A DNA stretch of 43,738 nt, the filler included, from Catajapyx aquilonaris (lineage: Eukaryota): NCBI GenBank assembly GCA_000934665.2. It is 2 parts of 2 records of this genome, joined end to end, with 100 filler letters (N's around TTAATTAATTAA, not from the genome) between each part and the next. Parts side by side here need not be neighbours in the genome. Positions count along the whole stretch, not along the records: positions 21,900 to 43,738 come from JYFJ02005966.1; 1 more part is not named here. The stretch is one strand, 5' to 3'. Under the pieces are notes generated by a model, which worked only from the letters and a program-made list of their open reading frames with translations, was not told the origin of the DNA and made no database searches. The position numbers and the translations under genes were made by a program. Positions 26,026 to 37,700 of the stretch are shown here, one piece after another (within the stretch, counting starts at the first letter, position 1; every line of letters begins with the position of its first letter).

Positions 26026-27351
26026 TCAGTGGCAGTGCTCCGTGATGTCCACTACTACAGACTTCTTCCATCCAAAGACAAAGTACCCAAAGGCCGCTCC
26101 CAGTGCCACTGCCAGGCACAGCCACACGTTATATGTCATGAAGATAAGCATGAGGAAGTAGCTGAGCACCACTTGCACCACGTGGAGGAACGTCTGATAC
26201 AGGTGGATGCAGCTGAACATGTGTGTTCTGCCCGTAAAGAAAAATGTTTCATGAACTTGCACTGACCTCATTTTACCACAAAGAGACAGCAACCGAACAG
26301 ATGACAGTAGGCAGGAATAGTGTTAGGACTCCATATTTGCGCCTTGGAACATCACTCATGTTAGCCGTGCTTTAGTGGTTTACAAAACAAATCATGGGCA
26401 TGCTAGCCAAGATGAAAAGCCCTCCGCAACAAAGGAAAACCCTTCAATTTGTGCACTTGCAACAATAATTGCCCACGAAAGGATTCTCAATGTTTCCAAC
26501 ACATACTGAATATTAATAAATTACCAACCTTTTAAAAACGAGTTCATAATAATTATTGTCCTACATAAGGGCAAACTTGCTTCACAACAAGACTGATAAG
26601 CTCGGCACAAAAGTGGGGATGAGAACCACATAGGTGAACTTACACATGGAAGCCAAAGAGGTAGCTGTAGGGGACTCTGCTGGAATCGTTCATGTACTGG
26701 CACATGTCAATCGCTGATGGGCACTGCCCACAGTCACTCCCATGCTGGCAACCTGATGCCTTCCTGAACGCACACAGAGGTGGGAGGCAAGGGAAAGACA
26801 GAAAAACAGACAAAAAGTGGCAGGGGGAGAGCAGAAATCAGGGAAAAGACAAAGTCTACAAGCCAGTGGCAGGATACTCACGGCACTACTTTGGGCCCAT
26901 CGCTGACCACCACCCCCTTGTCATTGGGCACTGCAACTGAGCTGTACTCTATGCCCTGGTAGGTCTTGCGGAAGAGGTATTCCCTGTAGTACTTGAGCCC
27001 CTCATACAAGGCAGCCATGATGAAGATGCCAATCATGGATCCTAGTAACCCTCCTATACTGTTAACCTTCCAACCTTCGAAGAGTATCGTGGCGCTGCAG
27101 CCAGCATGAAAGTACATCTTCATCCCTCCATGGTCCATCCCTCCGGTACCGTTTTTGTCCATCCCACCGTGGTCCATTCCACCATGATCCATTCCTCCAT
27201 GGTCCATCCCACCGTGGTCCATCCCACTGTGGTCCATTTCCCCTCCACTGTGGTTCATGGAGTGCATGGAGTGGTCCATTTCGTGTATGGCGTGGCTGGT
27301 CCCCTCCGTCGTCGTGGCCATCCCCATCATGGCGTGGTGATCGTGGGACAT
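26026..27351 (-). CDS. SLC31A1: High-affinity copper uptake protein Ctr1 (SLC31 family), 223 aa (263 aa with the candidate cassette exon)
   Basis: Exons 27351-26882 and 26227-26026 join in phase 2 (cc|gtgagt ... ggcag|a). Met/His-rich ectodomain (MDHGG repeats), [18 protein letters not shown]2 MLIFM (MxxxM), TM3 GAAFG (GxxxG), C-terminal HCH. Confidence 0.96.
26644..26763 (-). CDS. Candidate 120-nt in-frame cassette exon of Ctr1 (Cys-rich cytosolic loop insert)
   Basis: ~80-nt polypyrimidine tract then ttcag| acceptor; |gtaagt donor; phase 2-2 with no stop. Translates as (P)[39 protein letters not shown](V). Confidence 0.6.
27120..27285 (-). repeat. Coding 15-bp tandem repeat (MDHGG)n in the Ctr1 ectodomain
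   Basis: Translation [39 protein letters not shown], with synonymous variation between units. Confidence 0.9.
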
Positions 27352-30300
27352 GTCTGCTGTCTCAGGAATCCTATTGTGTATTGTGCACTGCAACTGAGAG
27401 AAGGCCTTGGAATGAAGCCACCTTACCACCCACTAAAACCCAGTCTCTCTCATCCGCACCAATCACAGCCAATAATGGACAAGTGTCTCTGAACTGAACT
27501 GTTTAAAATTCGCCCCAACTCCACCCCCAACCTTCCTCCCTGCCTTATATCCTGCCTCAAACTGTAAACCATATTTCCTGCCACACAGAAAAGTCAGAAA
27601 GCACCCTTATCTAGTCTCAAGGACAGGGTTTTATCAACATGGTGGGAAGGGGGGAATACACATCTGCTGATTATGAAACTGGAAATAACTTAAATATTTT
27701 TGCCTCCCAGCATCATCTCAAGACCATCCTATTGTTCTCAAAGGCAAAGCATTCCATTCCTGGACATGTTTTGGAGGTGGGCAGCACGTACCCAAATTCC
27801 AGGAATTCTCCCTCAAATGGAATTTCATTAAAGGCAGAAGGCTATGGAATTTGTGGAATTGCAGCGCAGGAAGCCGCTTTGGCCGCAATTTCCTCCTTAT
27901 CGCAGGATTGGGGTTTGGCTCACAAACGGATCACCAGTTGATCGGTTGCAATTATTTGCCTACATGTGGCAACGACTCAGGCCAAATAGAGCATCACGGG
28001 AAAGCACTGGGAACAGATGCTTCAGCAATTTGCTTACTCAGTCAGGCGTGCATGTCAACAGCCTTGCATGACAACCATGACAAAAATGTAAAAATAATCT
28101 GATGTGGCTATGAGGCAAACAATAAGGCGTCATATGGTGATAAGAAATTCCCACAAAGCTCCCCGAAAAATATGTCCAGTTAATAGCACTGTACAGCATT
28201 GACAAATATGTACATAAGCTGCCAATAATGTAGCTGTTTGCAAATTTCCAAATGAATACTGCATGGAGGTACTGCCCTTAATCTTTGCTGAACATATTGC
28301 CACATGCTTTGACGCAGTTGATCACAGTTAGCACAGGTGCACCTTGTTGGGGCACATTGTAGCTGGAAAAACCACAGCACTTGGGGCTTCGAGCTGGCAA
28401 TGGTTAGCTATTGTCTGGCTTATCTCCAACATGTGGTTAAACCAAAAACCCACTTCCAAGCTCCTGTGGCTCCACAAAAATTTATATCACCATTTTCATA
28501 AGTCGTATAAGCTATTCATGAAGACACATGCAAGGGGCGAAAAAAGGGTCTTGGCCTTGAAGAGATAAATTCTGAAGGATGTTGCAAATTCCCACTAAGG
28601 CCGTCCCTGCAACATTGTTACTTTCATATCTGCATTTGATTAAAATAGCAAGTGTTGATGCAGCAATACAATGTGCTAAGAATAAGATCAATGACCAAGT
28701 AAATACTTATTGTATAGGGATGAGAATGGGATAGAATTGCTGATGTTTAGATAACGCTGTGTATATGTAAATGCAGTGTGACATTTTCCTAATCAATGGT
28801 GCATTGTGTATGTTAACTTATTACTTTTTGAAAGAAAGGTAGACCAAACAGGATTTTTTTTGGGGGGTCTACTACCAGTGCCTTGCATTTCTGCTATGCT
28901 GTAGGTTCACATTTTGGCCATACGCCCTAAAATGGGGTCAGATTTGTTTCGATAAGCTGTGTTTTTTTGTTTTTTTTTCAATGTTAGTTTACTCTCACCA
29001 ACAGATGCAGGAATGGTACTTACACAAAACGAAGATTACATAATTGGCATAAACCTAACAAAATGGTCACACAGATTTAAAGGTCTAATGCATCCTAATC
29101 CTATCTATTATCCTTGCCAGAAGGAAGACAGAGAAGTTTGCACCTGGTGTATCCATTTCAGAATCACTAGGATAAGGAACAGTTCGGCAATCTTACTGGA
29201 GAGATACACTTGCACTCTAATGAGTGGTACATTATGCAAGGAAAAACCTGCATCAAGTAACTTAATTTCACAACCATTACGTGACGTGGCTGCGCAGTTG
29301 GGTACATCACATGTTCTTATCTCTAGTGAGGACAGAGGTCAATTCAGATTATTGCAGAAGCCCCCCAATTGCAAGGAATGAAACAACCATGCTTCTTTTT
29401 AATCCACTCTAGTGCCTGTATTCTCAAACCGAGCTGACAGGCTCTCAAAAGATGGAAGTTCAGACATAGTTCACATGGTGCTGTGTTTCTGAGATTATTT
29501 CTCTGTCCTGTCAAAACAAGGTTGCAAATTGAGAAACAGCGACAAAAATTTTCAAAACGTGCAATGATCTGTCAGTGTCAATTATTAGTTTATACTTTAT
29601 AAGATCAAAAATTCCAGAATTCCACTTGGAATGATTCTTACTGAGGCACACACATCACGGTTAGTAATGATACAGGCCTACAATAGAGCAAACTTTGCAA
29701 GTATTTCTAATTATCATCCGTAAAACAGCATGATTATTTTTGTAATTGCTGGCTTGGTGCCACATATGATGTTTCAGAAATCAAGTTATTGATATACAAA
29801 TATTAATATCAACAGTTTAATGATATAAATAATATCTATGATATAAATAATATCTACAGTTTCATTTGAGTTTCAGTTTCCTGCCACTTGATAATATTAA
29901 AAATGTATATTACATTTAAAAAAATTAAATCAGAAATTCAAGATTTGCCTGGACAGCCTTGTTTTTATTACAGGACAGTACTGTATTGTTAACAATTATA
30001 TTTTGCTAATTATTTTTGTTGACGTCTTAATGGTATAATTTTAAAATGACACTAACCTAACCTCCCTAAGTTCCTAATGCACTTACATGTAGGCCTAACT
30101 GATCAGTTTCTCCATGTTGCATAGAAATGTGTATGATCCTAGAAATCCTTATAAAATGGATCACCCATCTGTCAACCTCTTTCCCTGTATTTTTTGGTCA
30201 CGACAAATGGCTGATTAGTGAAGCATACTGTATTTGGGGAGGAAGCCAGTCCATGCCCCAAAAACTGTCCATTCCGAATGGGTTTTCACCACAGAAGAGT

Positions 30301-30939
30301 CCTTACAACCCTCGCCAAGGCTCGACATTAGGCAGCTGTTGTCTTCCCAGTAAATCAATCAGTTTTTGCATAATCATTGCAGGCTTGGGCAAAAGATTAA
30401 CCAAAAATGCCTCACCACTTCCCTTTGAACCGTCTGAAATACTTATTCAAGCTACAATTTTACAACTTGTTTTCTTAAAGACCACCAAATATGACACAGT
30501 GAAATCTGGCTCCAGCAGACCCTGGATTCCCTGGAAACGCGCTGAATGCAGACTCCGAGTCCCAGTGGTTGATTTTCAATGCACGTCTGTCCCATTATAT
30601 TCTTTTACTAATTCCACGGAAGAGAGCATACAGATTCCACTGATTCAGTTTCCCTCCTGATCTCCGCTCTACAACACTGACTTGCATTTTTGATTTTAAT
30701 TCACCCCACACCCAACCAACATCCACACTTTGTAAACATATGGGACATGGCAAATGTTGTGTGAAGAGCTCCAGTTGTCCCTGCACATTCAAAATGCCAA
30801 AGGTCTCCCTTCCCAGAGGCAGTAAATAGGGGCGTGCCAATAGAGTGAGGGGCATGAAATATTGAAGGTGGCGAGAGACAAACGGGCAGCATATTGTGGG
30901 GGTTTGGACAGATGGGAAATTATGCTGCACTGTGGAACG

Positions 30940-31790
30940 ATCAGCTGACGTAGTGTTTCCCTTCCTTACCTGGCAGTGACTCGGGTGTCTGGGCTGCGGG
31001 CTTCAGCGCCTAGCGAAGGTGGACGGGGAGGCAGGAGCAGCAGATGTTGCCCTCGCCGTCTTCCCAGCACCATCGGCCATCTCTCCGTCTCTCGCCTACC
31101 TACCTCCAGCCAGACCTCCTCCGCCTCCTCATTTTTTCCACTCTCTCCCCGCCCCCGCCCCCATCCACTTCCAGCCTCCCACCTCCCTCCCTCCCACCCT
31201 CCACCTCCACATTTCCCCCGTTGCCAGGTCACACACTCACGCAAATCGCAGGAGGGACATTAACACACCCACTTTATCACGTCGTCTGTACGTTTCACTA
31301 CCATTCGAATTACAGCTGCAATTGGCACAGGAGAAACGATGAAATTCTTACCTGTCCAAGCTGTCCAAGTGTCGATGAGGGCGGTGTGGATCTGGCAACC
31401 TGCGTTCCAAATTAAGATGGCGGCCGAGTGAGAGTGGAGCTGGCGCACGGGGTGGTGTGAATGCAGACGAGATTTACACACACCAGCTGAGCTTGTCGTG
31501 TGGGCTGCGTTGTCAGGAGCGGTAGGTAGGCAGGGAGTGAGGGTACGGACCGACGCGGCTGGCATTGCTTGGCTGTCGGCCGAGTTGTGTCGATCGCGAG
31601 GATCTTGTTGTGTGTCCAGTCACGTGACGGCAATAAGTGACCGGGAGGAATGGATGGTCGCGGAAGAGAACTTTACTGACAACGCCTTCACTTTGCAGGG
31701 ACTGTCTCGAGTGAAGAGGAGGAGGGATGCTTTTCGGAGGGGACGACGACGATGCTGACTTTACGCTTCCAACAGGCGGAGGAAGGTGGG
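30940..31790. promoter_or_regulatory. CpG/GC-rich putative bidirectional promoter and 5' exons shared by Ctr1 (-) and FKBP15 (+)
   Basis: GC- and CpG-rich island inside CpG-poor flanks. Minus-strand splice donors cag|gtaag at 31352/31351 and 30970/30969 (candidate Ctr1 5' exons). YY1-type AAGATGGCGGCC at 31414-31425; palindromic E-box GTCACGTGAC at 31619-31628; FKBP15 ATG at 31727. Confidence 0.75.
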
Positions 31791-34700
31791 TTGTCTTTTT
31801 CAGGCGGAATGTGAAGGACAGCCACTGCAGGCTATAGTCTAGACTGGTCTGGACTAAGGCCTGCAGGGCATATGCCAAAGGTTACAGAAGTAATGAAAAA
31901 TTATCTCAGAGTTAACTAATCACCAGTGGAAAGGACTTTGTCATTCCCTTTGTGTGAATGGTACTTGCTGGACATCAGAGGACAGCGGAGTGGTTAGCTC
32001 CACAGATTTCCACCTCAGAGGTCGTGAGTTCTAGCCCTGGGTCAGAGAAAGGACACTTCTCATGTGGAAACAGTTTTTATGGGACATCTCCATGTCACTT
32101 GTGGTTGCTCTGGGATCTCACGTTTCCTGCCACAATCAAAATCCATCAAAGCACAGTGAATATTTAAAGTTGTTGATTAAAAAAGAATCCCCGAAAAGGC
32201 AACACCTATCATGGAGTAACTCTTCTGATAAATTAATTAAAATGTGCAGCACATCCTCTAATGCTTTGGAGTTGACACCATATAATATACCATCACTGAC
32301 TCCTAATGTAATAATTGATTCATTATGATGCACGGAACCACACAAGCTCCTTTGCAACATTGTCAATGCTACTTTTTTTCTACAATTAGTAGATCACGTA
32401 GTGGTATGGCTCATAATGAGGAAACAACTTCATGAATCTGGCATGCACTCCTTTGTAAATTCAGATTGAATTTTACTTAAATCCTCATTATTCCACCATA
32501 AACCCAGTGTACATCTAACCAAGGACCTTCCTCTTCACTGGATCTGTATTATTTATGAAGTTACTGACTTCTGTGATGACAATTTTATTGCTTGGGTAAT
32601 ATTTGTGCACAATTTTCAGCTCAAAATTGGCCTCACTGTTTGGAATCGGTCAGGAAAAGGAAGAAGGGAACTCGAGCTTGACTTACATGGCCCCAAAACA
32701 GCCTAAAAAGACCCAGGTAGAAAACACCCAGAAATCCTCGAGGGAAGGACCTCCAGCCCAAATGAACGTCATGCATGCCGTTGCAGTGAATGCCTACAAA
32801 CTGTAAGCAAACTGTCGTATAGTTGCATGGTTCTGCCTGTAACTCAGTGTAATTTGTGTGTAATTCGTTTACAGACAAGATGGAAATTACTCACCAGTTG
32901 GGAAGTTGGGAGCTGCCATACTTGGGAATAATGATATTTGCATCTATCAACTGCTCCTCTACAGAGGAAAACAGGAACAAGTTGCAGTTGCTAAAATTAA
33001 CATGACATTCCAGTTCATGGTAAGAGCTCATAACTTTATTGAAGCATGTTGTGTGAATCAGTGCCTTCCAAATAAATACTTAATTATGGTAATTCCTTTA
33101 GCACCATGATAGCTAAATGTTAAATATTGTATACTTCCAAATTAGTATTAATAATTTCCACATGCACTGAGGAAGCATTATTGCTTTCCTTTGCATATGA
33201 GAGGTCTGAGATAAAAAATATCCAAGTCCACTGTTGGGGGGTCCAACACAAATATGTGCCGCAATTATGTATTTTAATGTCATTGGGTATTAACTGCACA
33301 TTTGTGTACATACCTGCGGCAACATACATACGTAATAAAGTTTCAAGATTTCACCAGTGAAAGTTGAATAATCATCAGTTTTTGCTTCTTTTACGACCAA
33401 TTTTTTCAAGTGGACTGGGTGGTTTTTGATCTCAGACCCCCATATGATGGTTGATATACTGAATGAGTGTTCACTAATTAAAAGCTGCCATTTATGAAGT
33501 TGCTTTTAAGAATTGTGCACACACAATTTTATTTCAGCTTGGCTTTTCAATTCAAAATAATGCCCCCTATCTATGGCATCACACTGGTATTATTACATTA
33601 TCATTACACCCTGCAGATCTCTTGTGTGTGTGTTTCACAATTACAAATTAGTTTAATATTAACCCAGTTATCTTTATTTTTTATTTTTTATTTTTTATTT
33701 TGGAGAGATTCATTGTGGACGCCCTGGTATAATTTACAAAAATGTAAATTTCAGCCTTGGTTTGTTATCAGCTGAAATGACACAACAGTTGACTTAGGAT
33801 ATAACAGCCTTGGTTATAGCAAACTGAATTCTGCGGTCCCTTGAAGTCTGTTACATCCTGAGTGTACTGTGCATTGTTTTCATAGTTGTTGATGGTTAAT
33901 GGTCCCCATGGTTGTTAAGCTGGAGGTATGCACATGTAATTACTTGCACAGTTTTTGATACAGTAGTGTGAGTAATAATCTTACTAATGGCATATTTTAA
34001 GATTGTTGTAATTTATGCCACTGCTCTTAAAATTTAGGGTTTGCTTGAAAATTATTCCAGGTGCAGCCAAACAACTACACCAGCTTTTATGACAACCAGA
34101 GGCAAAACTGGTCGATGATGTTTGACTCCACTGCTGACATGACTGAATTTGCAAAACAAGTTGCTGTTGCCAAAGTCAACAGCCTGGATGGAAAACTGGA
34201 GTCAGTTGTTATTCAAGATGTGATCTTGGGTGAAGGACCTGAAATCAGTTCTGGCAATATGGTGGAAGTTAGCTTTACTGGATGGATATTTGCTAACAAG
34301 GAGCTAGGAGAGGTTTGTATTATTTTACAAAGTAATGTGCCTAGTTTGGTAACCCTCAGTTCTTTATGACGAAGGAATTCCCAGCCCATACATCCTTGAG
34401 AAGCTAGGGAAAAAATTGGTGATTCCAGTGGTGTCAAAATATCTCCCTGGTGAGGTTGGTCACTTGCATAATCAGGTGTACCCTCCATTGCATAATCACA
34501 TTCCTGAGCATGCTCCAATTCTTTATTGAACATGATTGTGTGTACTCTGTTCGTAATAACTTTACACTTTGAAGAGGAGAGCAAACTCTCCTTGTTAATT
34601 CATTTTTATGTTTTTTATTGAGCAGCGTACTGATTTCTCTTGTTTATTTGGGTTCATTGCACAGTAGATGAAGCAGTACTTCAGTAGTAATGACAACTCC

Positions 34701-37700
34701 CGTTCAAAAGACTAATAGTGCATTTATATTGAAGGAAATGTGGAGTGAGACTGAAGACTCACCATCACCAAAACAAACCTCCCCTTGAACAGCAAAACCT
34801 TGTTGTCAGGAGATTAGGCAACTGTTGATAACAACTATCCCCATTGTGCTCGGGCATCAAAGCAATCAAATGTTTTCTGGCACAAATAAATAAAAAAACC
34901 AATGCAGTGATTACACTGGACATGTTATTCCACGATCATTGCACCCACATTATATCACAATAATCCAGAACTATGCTTGAAGTCTTAATATGTTATTAGT
35001 TATTACCTCATACCAGAAATAGCTGTATAGCCTGACCAGAAGCTAAAGAGAGTTGGTGGGTTTTTCCCATCAACCCAAAATCCCCCACCCCCTCGAAAAT
35101 GCCCCACTTCCGGACAATCTTAATCCGCAAAAGGGTTTGGAAAGGTCAGACCGGAATACGGTGTTGCCCATCAGCAGTACAAATCTTGGAACAGGTCGTG
35201 CGGTCGTGTGCCCTTATTACAATTTCTTATACGTATAATAACCACAGATCCACAATTACGGCAACGTCTCCTTTTAAACTGACCTTTCCGAACCCTTTTG
35301 CGGATTAAGATTGTTGGGAAGTGGGCATTTTCGAGGGGGTGGGGTGGCTGTGGGGGATTTTGGGTTGATGAGGAAAACCCACCAACTCTCTTTAGCTTCT
35401 GTTCAGACTATAACCCTCTTGGTCTTACCAGCACAAGGTACAGTTGAACCAAAACCGCCCAAAACTAATGAAACTTTCGAGGTAGGGGAGGAGAGATGGG
35501 GGTGTGGGTGGTGTGGATTATGCGAGAGAGAATAAGAGTGTCCTCTTCGTTGGGAGGAGAGTCTGCTACTAAGCCCTCCACTACATTATGTTTTTAGCAT
35601 CACTGCCTTCTAATTGCACTCCCACTGCCACCACTCCTGAGCTCAGTCAGGCTCTGGGAAAATGACAGCCTGCAATGCCAAACACCTGTTTCCATTGACC
35701 CAAAATGCAGGGACAATCCTGCAGGCAGATGGCATTTGACATCTGCATTTGGTGACATTGCATGGCTGGGAGTGTCTGAAGTGGCGTGGTGACAAAGTGA
35801 TTTACTGCCTTTCAGAGTCTATAATTTGAGAGTATAGAACAGTGGTTCCCAACCTTTTTGGGGTTGCAGCCTCCTTTTATGATAGTCAAGTAACCTGCGG
35901 ACACCCCCCCCCCCCACCCCACCCCCCACCCCAACCCCAACTCGAGTATTTGTCGTAAGATAAATGTAGTGTAGGCATTAAAATCACATGCAAGTCTTTT
36001 TAAAAACCTTTGTTGTGAAATTTCCCATACAATTTATTGCAAGTAAAAATAACCACAGCCACCCCCTCGACCCCCTAGGTTGGGAACTGGTATACATAGA
36101 TACATTTTGTACAAACCTCACATGTCAAGATATCAATAATGACAATCTCAGCATGTCCCCACTATTGCACAAGTCTTATAAAAAATTTTATTTTTTAAAA
36201 ATTAGCCCTTTGCTGTAGATCAACTCCAACATGAGCATGCCAAGCAGGCTCTCCTCCCAACGAAGAGGGCTTTCTTATCCTCCCCTTGCATAATACATTC
36301 CACCCATTCCCCCATCTCTCCTCCCATACCTCTGTGTGTTCATTAGTTTTGGTTGTACTTCGGGCCACTTGGACCAAAAGTTGTTACATCAACCAGGTGA
36401 AGTGACTCTCCAGCACAAATGGAATGTGATGCATGTGGACATCTTGAGTTTTGGAGGCATATGAATTTGGTGTTTCCCCCACGTGGCTGCATTGATTTAG
36501 TGACTGTCTTGTAGTCAGATTTCTAAGTGCAAATGCTTTAAGAATTGTGGAGGAACGCTTTAAAATTTACATCCTGTAACAACCAATGCACTACTTGTAA
36601 TGCCACTTGAAAATCAATATGGATAGATATTGGGATTTTGAAATAATACTTAATGATATTTATTGCTGTTGCAGGTGTTTGACAGCACTGCAAATGGTCA
36701 GAAACCATTACGCTTCAGACTGGGAAAAGGCAAAGTAATGAAGGGCTTGGAAGAAGGCATGGTTGGCATGCGTAAATCTGGAAGGAGAATCGTTGTTGTG
36801 CCACCACACATGGGATATGGGAATCAGGTATGTTAGCATTTCTGCATGAGTATGTACATAATTAATTGTTACATACTTTACAATGTTACTTGCTTACCAG
36901 GCAGAAGCCAAAGTTCCAGTGCATTCCACCTTGGTGTATGACATAATAGTTAGTAACACCAGGCCTGGGAAGGAGAAGGATCCATCTGGATTGTCAAGAT
37001 CAGAAACACCTGTGACTCAGGAAGGTGACAAGAGTGGGAGGTACTTATCCAAGGCTGATATTGCTTGATGATAGATAGTTAAACATTAATATGGTCTCTA
37101 CCGTATCTATAAGTGAATTCACTCCAGCTTGGAGTATGGTAAAGTGGCGTTATATGCATAAAAACAAGCTTAACAAAACTTGCAGTCATAAAGTCTCCAA
37201 TGACTTATTACAATAACCAGCTCTGTTGTTATCCTTTCACTATGAATGAGCAGGCCCTGCTAAAATTAGTGACGAATTTACTAAAAATAACTACAAGTAG
37301 CATGTAGTCATCATTGCTGATAATTCACAGAACCATGTACGGTACTGTAGATGATAATAAATTCATAGGTTTCAAAGTATATTAGTAGCTACAATTTGGC
37401 ACTTACATGAATATTCACAGAGTACAGTGGAATCCTCCTATACTGTAAGCACATTGGATATAACCCTTTCAGCGCCATGTACCGAACGGTCGGTACTAAG
37501 CAAGTAGAAAGGTCGGTCCCTTCATATTTCCAGCAGCACCCTAACTGACTCTAACAGGGCATTTTTTTCCTTCCTTTTACCTGAATCTGAGCTGTTTTAA
37601 GGCATAAACAGGAAGCAGGCCTACCCTACATAATTTGTCAAGATAGTGTCACAGCTAGGTGAAAAGTCTGGACCAATAATTCTTTTTGGCATTGACTGCC

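Noticed and set aside
27106..27492. 128-aa plus-strand ORF with VHPTV repeats
   Set aside because: Antisense shadow of the Ctr1 MDHGG repeat.
30127..30660. 177-aa plus-strand ORF in the Ctr1 5' intron (also the 140-aa ORF at 28959-29381)
   Set aside because: No recognisable domain or exon context; consistent with chance ORFs.
31120..31220. C-rich tract (potential minus-strand G-quadruplex) and the Pro/Gly-rich ORFs over it
   Set aside because: Low-complexity promoter/leader sequence explains the ORFs, and G4 potential alone is unspecific.
37460..37500. TAACCCTTTCAG piggyBac-like left end
   Set aside because: No matching right TIR or TTAA duplication found.
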